DNA from: Trichomonas gallinae
Lineage: Eukaryota
Length of the DNA stretch: 54,894 nucleotides
Assembly: GCA_008369845.1 (NCBI GenBank)
Contig: MRSU01009997.1
Location: 1-54,894 of the forward strand
Direction of reading: 5' to 3'
The position numbers were made by a program, and so were the translations under genes. The notes under the pieces were generated by a model. That model saw nothing but the letters and a program-made list of their open reading frames with translations, searched no databases and was not told where the DNA came from. Of this stretch, positions 21,101 to 29,650 are shown piece by piece; positions within the stretch are counted from its first letter, which is position 1; each line of letters begins with the position of its first letter.

Positions 21101-21749
21101 CACGAACGCAAACATTTCAGCGATCGAAGAATACAAGAGGAAAGACGAAATATACCAAGGCGAATTAGACGCGTTCTCGAGAATTGACACACAGAGATCG
21201 GAATTGCAAAGAGAATACGAAGACTTAAGAAGAGAAAGACTGACAAAATTCTTGGACGGTTTCGCTAAGATCACAAAGAAACTGAAAGAGATTTATCAGA
21301 TGCTGACACTTGGCGGTGATGCTGATCTTGAATTAGTCGATACTCAAGATCCATTCTCTGAAGGTATAACGTTCTCTGTTAGACCACCAGGAAAATCATG
21401 GAAGCATATCGCAAATCTTTCCGGCGGAGAAAAGGCCTTGAGTTCTCTCGCTTTAGTTTTCTCTCTCCACCAATTCAAGCCTACACCTTTATATGTCATG
21501 GATGAGATTGATGCTGCCTTTGATAATAACAACGTCATGATCATAGCAAATTATCTCAGAGAGAAAACTACAGATGCTCAGTTCATCGTTGTTTCAAACA
21601 GAAACCACTTCTTCGAATGCGCTGATAGACTCGTCGGCATCTTCAAGAAGGAAGACTGCGCATCAGCATTGACTCTTGAACCATCTAAATTCGCACCAAA
21701 GCCAACAGAAACTGAAGAAGATCAGAACAAAAGCGTAGAAGCTGAGTAA
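18141..21749 (+). CDS. SMC4: Condensin subunit SMC4
   Basis: Walker A GPNGSGKSNVIDAMLFVFG, GIDLDHNRFLILQGEV, hinge GRTTFI...GTMTGGG, VRPPGKSWK, signature LSGGEK, and PTPLYVMDEIDAA. Confidence 0.97.
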   Translation: MSETEERLIIKSILVENFKSYAGVKEIGPFHPSFTSIVGPNGSGKSNVIDAMLFVFGYKARHMRQNVLKDLIHKSTKFPNLTKASVKVIFAKFIGEEEVPNSEFSIGRDVRTNAASNYYWNDRPSSYTEITTFLKNVGIDLDHNRFLILQGEVGSIAQMKPKATSASSVGLLDYIEDVIGTSEYVTPIQNKEKEIAQINITRDEAIGRMKHAKAERDALEDSKNEAEQYLDWQNTIKILHAAQINNKKGGLTMKITEDQKNVKEATEAHAKLVDSHKEERTKYETKSQEKSVLEKTLERQKAEANDASKKVREAKNANAELELSNKTLNNIKDQLEKERTKLTKDMTESTRTIESLSHSIETAEKDVKEKESEYNKAKEEMEKMYQNTKDETSQLQIKLTMAQTELSDKNADETAISSKVASYQDEIKSIRHSVDEAIRVNEELQKDLEKAKSDLIDREREEKELSNRAEFEEKEIQRLTEILAEKRQVFDQKQAERRTVSMRHAELDGQRRQNQQKNRLVEGLEAFKRRENVQGYYGRLGSLATIDKKYDVAITYAAGSGLDFIVVDNDETGKLCLDELKAKNLGRTTFILLNKIRKVNNNFQAPPGSERLIDLCTVKDPSMKDDIMNALYHVLRDTLVTDTIERAKEIGYGQRQRVVTLSGDLIEPAGTMTGGGRSKPRSGGMDTFDEQEVQRLATQLSGLDNECSQHRREIDQIQAQLRTLNPEAARVAYEKAVMGLNSTKDAIQTIEERLRTAVKPEMSESDNNRIAELEENINQLLPQLADAKSAAIAAKKIVDELQSKIKDVGGIELKAQKVKVQSFRDSLSTLNKRIAEDKQKVSSLTRQNEKAEKRINDIKREQEENASKIAELAPKLAESERKFSEAQEKYNALAKEASSTEDHLEVIKEELQKLKEELDEASSELEESEKVVKDAEAELEADQALLERLIKKLTEFNVPEESLREWEERDENEIEIEIAAYEDKVRNTNANISAIEEYKRKDEIYQGELDAFSRIDTQRSELQREYEDLRRERLTKFLDGFAKITKKLKEIYQMLTLGGDADLELVDTQDPFSEGITFSVRPPGKSWKHIANLSGGEKALSSLALVFSLHQFKPTPLYVMDEIDAAFDNNNVMIIANYLREKTTDAQFIVVSNRNHFFECADRLVGIFKKEDCASALTLEPSKFAPKPTETEEDQNKSVEAE

Positions 21750-21897
21750 TAATAATTATTTTAGAAATTTTGTTTATATTTACACTTTTTAATAAAAATT
21801 ATCCTATGTATTAAATATATCATCCATGAGTTTTTTTTTTTTGTTTCTTGTGCCTTTGTAATAAAATTTACAACAAACATTAATTTTTTATTATGAT

Positions 21898-24800
21898 TCA
21901 GTTTGATTTCATGTCTCTTGAAACCCAGCAAGCGCAAGCGCGAAGAACCGCAGCGGACTTCTTCATCCTGATGTCTTTCCTACATTGCTCGATTTCATCC
22001 TTTAGTCCGTTTTGCAGAGCAACGAATGCAGCAGTTTCGTTGAGTCCGAACCATTTCAGGATTCTGAACGCGTTCCTTGGCTGATCGATGCCGGCGATGA
22101 TTGTTCCGATGAACGAGTCTTCGAACTTGTTGCCAACAAGAATAGAAGCCAATGCCTCTGTCAGCTGGTTCGCAGAGTCAACATCGAGGCGTGGAACGAC
22201 ATTGACCAAGAAGTTGCCGAGCTCGAAATTGGACACAGAACCAAAGTGCGCTGCAGCTTCGATCATAATGTCAGTAGTGTCGACGCCCAATGCTTTGATC
22301 ATCGCGAATGCGCGCTCATACTCATTGCTCTTCAACAAAGCAACACAAGCTTTGCCTTTATCAGCAGATGAGAAAAGCGATACGTTCTTGCCAACTTGGT
22401 TCTGATAATCAAGGATGACGTTAACATCATTCAACGACTTCTGGTCTCCACGTGCGACTGTTCCTGGAGGCAATAAAACAGATGAGTCAACAGTTGAGCT
22501 CAATAATGTCATCTGCGTCAATGCGTTCTTAAGCGACGAGACAAATTCTCCGAGTTCGAGTTTGTTCATCAAATTGTCGCCAGCGAAGAAATCGAGCGAA
22601 CACCTTCTCTCTAGTGCCCAAGATGACAAAACCAACAAACAGTAGATGCAAGAATGATCATCGAATATTTTGAGAGATTTCTTTAAGAAATCGTAATCCA
22701 TGTTTTGAAGGGCAGAGTCGAACAAAAGCGATAAATTATGCGTCGCTAAAGTTTCTGTGATTGCGTCGTTGATGTCTTTTTCTTTGTATTCGATGAAGTT
22801 CATCCTGTTGAAGTTTCCGAATGAAATGTTGTCGAACTTGTTCTTCGACATCTTGACGTTATTCGACAAATCTGAAATGTTGAGGAACAACAAATCTGTG
22901 TACTTCGGCTTCTTGATTTCAATTTGCCTTGGCTTCCTCTTCCATACCTTAAGAGTCCTTCCGAATGTTTCTATCTTCAGCAAGCTTGATGCTGTTGACA
23001 GATTCGTTGGAAGGCTGCGAATGATAAAGCCGAGATCGAATGGTAATGTTGGTGACTCGAACAGCATCTTAGTGTCTTCGCCGTCTTGTGATGGAGAGAT
23101 GCCCAACAAAGTCTTCAGCCTGTTGATAGACGAATAATCGTAGTCTGGATTCAATTCCTTGAAGTAGTTTGATGCCTCGAAAATGTCAAACTTCATTGCC
23201 AAAGTGAAGAGTGATGTGATGTCGTCTGTAGAATACTGTGTTTGGTATTTCTCGAATAATCCGTTCTCTGCGATCGATCTTAATGCGCAGCCGAGTGGCT
23301 CAGACTTGTATCCGGGCTTGATTGCGCGCTGAAGTCTCATCACAGCGAGAAGAAGCTTAGAAGCTGAATCGAGAGAATCGACGGAGAATGACTTGAGAAT
23401 CAACAAAATCAGATTATCCTTCATCTCATCATCTGGGAGAAGTTTGAGAAGCTTAACATTCTTTGATACAAACGGCCTGATCTCTTCGAAGATTAATGAG
23501 CTGTCGTATGTCTCAGCAATCTCTTTGACACAATTGACGTCTTTCTTCATTGCAACGGATACAATCATTTTGACAATTAATCTATCATTGAGTGATTCGA
23601 TTATTCCTGGCAATGTTGGTGTTTCCGGTGATATCTCTTTGAAGAGCCACTCCTTTTCCGCCTCCATTGACTTGAATGCTTTCTTCGCTCTGATGATAAT
23701 CAAAATCTGTGCGAATTGTTTGATGTTGTAAACTCTTTGCGTTTCAACGACATAATTCTTCAAGTGCTGAGTGGCCATTGTATATACTTTAGCTGGGTTA
23801 TTGAATATTGCATCCGAATCATATGATATGTCAAGCATCTCCTGCCAGCCTTGCCTTGACTTGTCGAATCTCTTGTAGAATAATATGTTGGCGGATGAAT
23901 CTGCTGGGAATATAGAAAGCAAGTGTTCGTAGAGAGGAAGCCTGTTTTCGTTCTTGAATTTCTTTGTTATTTCCAGAACTTCCATATAATACTTCTCCAA
24001 GTCGAATTGGAGAGCTAAATCACTCAATACTGCGCACGCTTCTTCTTCTGGAAGTTGCTTGAGATTCTCGAATACCTTAGGAAGATGCTCTTCAAGCTGC
24101 ACGTCGCCATTAACTTCGAATAAGTCGCCTGTAGATTCGAAAATTTTGATTGACTGATCTAAATCATTCGAAAACGCTTCGAAATGTTTGCTGCGGCTTA
24201 GAAGCTTAACCATCGGCTTCGACGAGAAGATGTGGGAGACATCATGTGGATCAAGACATTCGTATGCATAAGTAAGGCCAGAAACTGGATCATTTTTGAC
24301 GACATCGATCAAAAATTGTTTCGATAAATCGTTTGGTTTGATGTTATTGTATATATAAGCTTCCAAATCGATTCCTGTGCCTTCGAATGTCTTCAAAGCT
24401 GCCTGTAAAGTCTTGTTGACTTGAATTCTGCCGAAAATGAAATCGTGTGGTTTTTCAGCGAGCATTTTAGATGATCCGAATAAGAGCTGCTTGATGTAAT
24501 TGGAGAATTTGATAAGATATCCATTGAATCCGTCGAAGTTCTGCGAAAGAAAATCTGTGACTTTCTTTTTGAGATTGACAGGATTCTCTAGGAATGTCAA
24601 GTCAGTGATGTCAGGATATGTTGGCTCTTTGACGAACAGTTTTTCGATGTATTTCTGGAGATTTTCGTCATTAACTAATTTTGTGCACGAAGAAAGTTGA
24701 CGATATGAAGCTGCAAGATCGAAAATAGCATGATTGCGGACTTCTAATGGAATTGTGTTAGAAATCTCCTTGGATTTGTCGACTAAATAATCATCAATCA

Positions 24801-26262
24801 TATCCTTTGGATAAGAGCGTGAAAGTAAGAGTGACTTCGGATCATTTTCTTCCTTCTGGAGCGAAACATGGTCAAAGAAACTCTTGTGGAAGATCATTGA
24901 ATATGCGGATGATGGATAAACCTCAAGAATGTTCATGAGCTTGACGAGATTTTGTGGTGGACAGTTCTTGAAGTATGTTGCATAAGGATAAAAGAGAAGT
25001 CTTGGCTTGAAATCCTTGAAAATTAAAACCGCGGCTTGAGTCTTACGTAAAGCTGTGTTTACGTACTTGCGAAGCTCATTGTCTTCTGGAATCTTTGTCA
25101 ATAAGCTTTCTAATAAAGAAACAAGCTGTTTGTGAGATAATTTCTTCAAAAATCTTGGCAAGAAGAGAATTGAGAAAAGATCTTCGCAGAGGAAATCTGG
25201 GAAGTCATCAACTTCACGCCTATCAAGGAGAGATCTCATAGAACTGTAAGCATGCAAAAAGTCGAAATCTTTGAGCCAAGTTTCTTGAGAAACAGAGATG
25301 AATTCGGCATCTCTTGAGAAAGGAAGGACGTTTTCTGCAATGCATTCTGGCGTAATAATGAGAGGAATTGATTTTTCAGATAATGGGCTCCAATCATTGC
25401 CTAAACCAAGAACTTGAGACAAAATAATCTGATTCTTGAGTTTCTTAGTAAATGGATGATCTGGGAGACGTTGAATCTGCTTTAAAATCTGTGCAGAATT
25501 TAATTCTTCGATTTGGTACAAGAAATTGATAATTGCGTATGACGGGAACACTCTAGCGCTCGCATTGCCTCCCAAATCGACAAAATGGGACCTGAATCTC
25601 GATGTTTGGTTAACCAAAACAATGGCATCGTCACCCATAAATGGATCAATGAACGTAGAAAGCATTTCACATGAATCAATTTGGTGGGATTCGAAGTTGC
25701 ACATGAGTCCTTCGTAAAGTTCTGAAAGCGTATTAAAGTCAATTACTCTAAATTGCAGTAAATCTTGGAAGTTGAGCGGCATGACTGATATACTGAATGT
25801 AGAGATAATTTTGCCGACTAAATGAAGCGGAATTTCCTTTGCTTTGTAAATATTTTCGCAAAACTCTAAACTTGCTCGCGTATGTAAAGCTCTTAATGTG
25901 TTGAAAAACTCATATGAGAAGTGTTTGACGAGATCTAATATCTGCGCTGGCTCATTTTTAACTAATTCAGATAATTCATTTGGATTTTGAAGTGCAGGAT
26001 GAGTTGCAGAGAAATCAATTGGCACGTCCGGTCTCTCCTGAGACTCAGTCAAACGATTTATTATGCATTTTACTGCCCAGCGGAATAAAATAACTTTTGA
26101 ATCTTTCGTCGGGTCATCGCCGGGTATTTTAAGGAGAGGAAGGAGAATCGTCATATACTGTGGGTCGTTCTTCAAGAACAGCATTGAATCATCGAGCTGT
26201 TTAAGAAGTAAGTGGCGGTAAAACTCTTTCCAAGACTCATTCATTTTTAAGTTTTTATGCAT
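21898..26262 (-). CDS. Large alpha-solenoid protein, spastizin (SPG15/ZFYVE26)-like C-terminus
   Basis: ORF of about 1450 aa. First ATG is 26262, with an alternative AAAAATG at 26244. The C-terminal ...AAFVAL...AAVLRACACWV resembles spastizin ...SAYLIAV...AVVQDICAQWL. The CDS is certain; the family is tentative. Confidence 0.5.
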   Translation of the reverse strand: MHKNLKMNESWKEFYRHLLLKQLDDSMLFLKNDPQYMTILLPLLKIPGDDPTKDSKVILFRWAVKCIINRLTESQERPDVPIDFSATHPALQNPNELSELVKNEPAQILDLVKHFSYEFFNTLRALHTRASLEFCENIYKAKEIPLHLVGKIISTFSISVMPLNFQDLLQFRVIDFNTLSELYEGLMCNFESHQIDSCEMLSTFIDPFMGDDAIVLVNQTSRFRSHFVDLGGNASARVFPSYAIINFLYQIEELNSAQILKQIQRLPDHPFTKKLKNQIILSQVLGLGNDWSPLSEKSIPLIITPECIAENVLPFSRDAEFISVSQETWLKDFDFLHAYSSMRSLLDRREVDDFPDFLCEDLFSILFLPRFLKKLSHKQLVSLLESLLTKIPEDNELRKYVNTALRKTQAAVLIFKDFKPRLLFYPYATYFKNCPPQNLVKLMNILEVYPSSAYSMIFHKSFFDHVSLQKEENDPKSLLLSRSYPKDMIDDYLVDKSKEISNTIPLEVRNHAIFDLAASYRQLSSCTKLVNDENLQKYIEKLFVKEPTYPDITDLTFLENPVNLKKKVTDFLSQNFDGFNGYLIKFSNYIKQLLFGSSKMLAEKPHDFIFGRIQVNKTLQAALKTFEGTGIDLEAYIYNNIKPNDLSKQFLIDVVKNDPVSGLTYAYECLDPHDVSHIFSSKPMVKLLSRSKHFEAFSNDLDQSIKIFESTGDLFEVNGDVQLEEHLPKVFENLKQLPEEEACAVLSDLALQFDLEKYYMEVLEITKKFKNENRLPLYEHLLSIFPADSSANILFYKRFDKSRQGWQEMLDISYDSDAIFNNPAKVYTMATQHLKNYVVETQRVYNIKQFAQILIIIRAKKAFKSMEAEKEWLFKEISPETPTLPGIIESLNDRLIVKMIVSVAMKKDVNCVKEIAETYDSSLIFEEIRPFVSKNVKLLKLLPDDEMKDNLILLILKSFSVDSLDSASKLLLAVMRLQRAIKPGYKSEPLGCALRSIAENGLFEKYQTQYSTDDITSLFTLAMKFDIFEASNYFKELNPDYDYSSINRLKTLLGISPSQDGEDTKMLFESPTLPFDLGFIIRSLPTNLSTASSLLKIETFGRTLKVWKRKPRQIEIKKPKYTDLLFLNISDLSNNVKMSKNKFDNISFGNFNRMNFIEYKEKDINDAITETLATHNLSLLFDSALQNMDYDFLKKSLKIFDDHSCIYCLLVLSSWALERRCSLDFFAGDNLMNKLELGEFVSSLKNALTQMTLLSSTVDSSVLLPPGTVARGDQKSLNDVNVILDYQNQVGKNVSLFSSADKGKACVALLKSNEYERAFAMIKALGVDTTDIMIEAAAHFGSVSNFELGNFLVNVVPRLDVDSANQLTEALASILVGNKFEDSFIGTIIAGIDQPRNAFRILKWFGLNETAAFVALQNGLKDEIEQCRKDIRMKKSAAVLRACACWVSRDMKSN

Positions 26263-26826
26263 TGACAAACTATATATATTTATGCTATTTATAGGCTATG
26301 TTATCAAAATCACGCCTTAAAAATCGGTTTTGATAACTTCGCCAAAATAAATATTCGAAATTGGGCAAAAATAAATAGGTAACAGCTATTATAGACTATT
26401 TTATTACATATTTCATACATAAAAATTCAATATCTTCGATTTTGAAAATTCGCTATTTTTATTCTAAGTTTAAATCGTGTCGATGTATAACCATTCATTT
26501 GCTATCTTGTTAAAATTTTATATTTAACATTATTAGACCACAATTGCGAAAAATATTTTTTGATATTTTGATTTTTTTTAGAAACTTATTTTCACGCAAT
26601 GAAGTTGATTAAGACAAGGAACTGCATATCCCTATTTAACTAAAAGTCTCTGATAAAAAAACAAAATTATATTTGTAATTTTACACGATAATACTGTGCT
26701 AATGCCTAGATAACATATCTGTAGATACTTCAAGATGTCTATATTATATTATTGGCAGCATCGAAGCTGTTTTGATAGTAAAGAAAAAAAAAAATAAATG
26801 AACAGAAAAATATATATAGAAATTTA

Positions 26827-28692
26827 TTATGGTTGTTGTTGATTTTGTTGTGTTTGTCGCATTCTGATGACTTCTTCTCTCATCTCTTGTATTTCCTTAG
26901 CATACTTCTCCTTCAAAGCGTTGACTCTCATCTTTCCTGTGAGTGTAACAGAGCCGTTCTCAACAGTGAATGGCTCGTCTGTTAATCTGACAGCTGCGAG
27001 CTCTGAGCCATCCTTAAGCCTATCATACTCCTTTCCGTACTGGTTTGTGTATTTGTGGATGTAGTCGATGAAGTTCCTGTCGTTCAGCAAAATCTTGAAG
27101 TTTTCGTCGTTGAACTCCTTTCCGTCATATGTTCCGATTTTTTCGAAGAAGTTGGATGCTGTCGCCCTAGGAACGACAACGATGGCAACGAGTGCGTGTA
27201 TATCGTTCTGCGGCGCGATGAAGATGTCATCGATAAAGGCATATTTCCTGTAAGTGAACCTCAAAAATGGGATCGCTAAGTCCATTCCTGGCTGGTACTC
27301 ATAGTTATCGTAAGCCCTTCCTGGAATAATCAGATGCTTGGTTGATGGGTCAACCTCTGCTCTGTCGCCTGTCCTGTACCAGCCATCCTCGAAGGCTTCC
27401 TTGGTGATTTCGTCGTTGCGCCAATATGAAGTGAAAAGTGCTGGTGTTTTGATGAGCAATTCTTGCTTGTTGCCGAATTTTGTTTCGACGTAAGGCATAG
27501 GCCTTCCTACTGTTCCTGGCTTGTATTCATTTGCAGGACAAACAAATAGTGGGCCTGCAGCTTCACTTGTTCCATAGATTGCGACTAATTCGGCGCCAAA
27601 AATGTTCGACATGTCGTCGTGAACTTTCGGATCGAAAACATCGCCAGCAACGGCAAACCAGTCAAGTCGTCCGCCAAATACGTCGTTTTTGAGCTTGTTG
27701 AATAGCAAAGTATCGGAAATTCTGGATCTGAAGCCGAAATATCTTGTTATTGAAGATAATTTAAGGCAAAAGTCCATCAATGGTTTAGCTTTTCCGATTT
27801 TCTCCATAATTTTAGCATGAACTTTAGCCAGAAATGCAGGAATCATAGGTCCACCTGTAACTCTGCATAATTTCATATCATCCGCTGCTCCGAGAGCTCC
27901 ATTCGATGCGAAAACTATCTGAGCACCCCTGTAGTTGAAGATGAGGAATCCAATTCTCTCCAAAATGTGTGCCATTGGCAAGAAAGAAAGATGAACATCG
28001 CCAAATTTAACAGGAACGCTAACTTTTATGTAAAATATGCCTGAAACCATTGCATCATTTGAGAGAACAACTCCTTTCGGGGCACCAACTGTTCCTGATG
28101 AATAAACAATTGTGCATGGATCTTCTGGCGTAACTTCAGGCAAATCATATATTTCTTTTTGCTCGAGGATATCATCGAAGAAATAATATTCGCATGGCTT
28201 CCTTTCTAACTCTTCATTCACAATAATAAATTTTAATTCTTCGCAGAATGATGAATTTGGTGGGAAAAGGATTTGATTCCTCTGCCATTTAATTGGTGAC
28301 ACATAAATGCAAGAAACTCCAGCATCAACTAGAGTATATCTCGGATAAGTGGAAATACCAGAATCAAATGCGAAAACAGCAATAAAACCGTATAAATGGC
28401 ATGCCTCGAGGAAAATTCCGGACTCTAAACGGTTTTCCGTGTAAACACCAACTCTATCTCCTTTCTTTATACCTTTACTGACTAAAAAGGATCCAACACG
28501 CAGCGCCATATTATGTATTTCATCTCTTGTATGATAAATTACTTCGTCATCTTCGATTATTCCTAATTGATTTTGTGTTGCCCATTTTTTGTGAGTATAA
28601 AGGAAGAAATCTTGCATTGTTTTAATTTCAGATGGTTTGTCGTTGTATTCGTCCACCCACATTGGAAGACTTCCTAAATGATTCAGCTCCAT
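26827..28692 (-). CDS. Long-chain acyl-CoA synthetase / AMP-binding enzyme
   Basis: Motifs YSSGTVGAPKGV, SFLPMAHILER, YGTSE, GWYRTGD and FTVENGSVTLTGKMR (catalytic Lys). Confidence 0.93.
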   Translation of the reverse strand: MELNHLGSLPMWVDEYNDKPSEIKTMQDFFLYTHKKWATQNQLGIIEDDEVIYHTRDEIHNMALRVGSFLVSKGIKKGDRVGVYTENRLESGIFLEACHLYGFIAVFAFDSGISTYPRYTLVDAGVSCIYVSPIKWQRNQILFPPNSSFCEELKFIIVNEELERKPCEYYFFDDILEQKEIYDLPEVTPEDPCTIVYSSGTVGAPKGVVLSNDAMVSGIFYIKVSVPVKFGDVHLSFLPMAHILERIGFLIFNYRGAQIVFASNGALGAADDMKLCRVTGGPMIPAFLAKVHAKIMEKIGKAKPLMDFCLKLSSITRYFGFRSRISDTLLFNKLKNDVFGGRLDWFAVAGDVFDPKVHDDMSNIFGAELVAIYGTSEAAGPLFVCPANEYKPGTVGRPMPYVETKFGNKQELLIKTPALFTSYWRNDEITKEAFEDGWYRTGDRAEVDPSTKHLIIPGRAYDNYEYQPGMDLAIPFLRFTYRKYAFIDDIFIAPQNDIHALVAIVVVPRATASNFFEKIGTYDGKEFNDENFKILLNDRNFIDYIHKYTNQYGKEYDRLKDGSELAAVRLTDEPFTVENGSVTLTGKMRVNALKEKYAKEIQEMREEVIRMRQTQQNQQQP

Positions 28693-28710
28693 TTATTATT
28701 TAATTTTAAG

Positions 28711-28740
28711 AAAGGGGCCGTAATAAAAATGCTGGGGTGA
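28711..28740 (-). promoter_or_regulatory. Core promoter with CCTTT (M5-like) element embedded in a paired C-tract motif
   Basis: The minus strand reads TCACCCCAGCATTTTTATTACGGCCCCTTT, ending about 18 nt before ATG 28692. Confidence 0.45.
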
Positions 28741-28904
28741 ATAAATCACTTTTAAAATAATTTCACAAAAACGTCTAGAAAAGGCAATTTTTTGAAAAAA
28801 ATGTAAAATTTTGTCGAAATTTGACATGTAAATAATTCAAATTTCTACTAAAACATGACAATCTGTCATGTAAAATTAAATAATTAAATAATTACATAAT
28901 GTTT

Positions 28905-29330
28905 TTACTTAACAGTAATGGATGGTCCACGCTTGAGAGTGCTCGCAACCATGCATACTTGTTCTTCAGCCTGCTGAACAGCAGAATCTGCGAGGGCTTG
29001 GTCGACACCATCGGCATCGATGATACAATTGGCACGTAATTCTCTTATTCTTTGCTTTGGCTCAAATTCCCATTCAGCATCGATCTCGATTTTGATATCA
29101 TTCACTTTATGACCCTTATTTTCGAGGATACGCCTAACAGATGCACCAAAGCAGGATCCAAATGCCAAAACAACATGATCAGGTGGTGTTGGAGCTGCAC
29201 CTTTTCCTGTTGTCATTATTGTTCCTCTTCCAGCTCCATTTGTGCAAAACCATTCTAATCCATCAATGAGTTTGACATGCGCTTTAGCAATTTCCCTTCC
29301 TGCTGGAAGTTTCACGAAAGAGCGCAGCAT
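28905..29330 (-). CDS. osmC: OsmC/Ohr-family peroxidase with putative hydrogenosomal presequence
   Basis: PTPPDHVVLAFGSCF and AEEQVCMVASTL supply the two conserved Cys. 141 aa with N-terminal MLRSF. Confidence 0.9.
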   Translation of the reverse strand: MLRSFVKLPAGREIAKAHVKLIDGLEWFCTNGAGRGTIMTTGKGAAPTPPDHVVLAFGSCFGASVRRILENKGHKVNDIKIEIDAEWEFEPKQRIRELRANCIIDADGVDQALADSAVQQAEEQVCMVASTLKRGPSITVK

Positions 29331-29650
29331 TTTTATATAAAAGTGTCATTGAGTTTGATCATTTTGACTCTTGACATTTTACATGGCAAATAATAATAGA
29401 ACATGGTTCAAACCAGGAATTAACATTTTTTTTTTTCCCTTTTTATAACATGAAATTGATTATAAGAGTGTTAGCATCTTTAATAATTATTATGAAACAT
29501 TAGCTAAGAGAAAATGTACTAAATGCATATATTTATTGGAATCAAAAAATTTTTTTGTTCCACATATGATCTGATGATCATTGTTCTATAATTTATTTTT
29601 ATAACAACATAACCAGTATATACATATGTTTTTGCTAATCATAATTGAGA

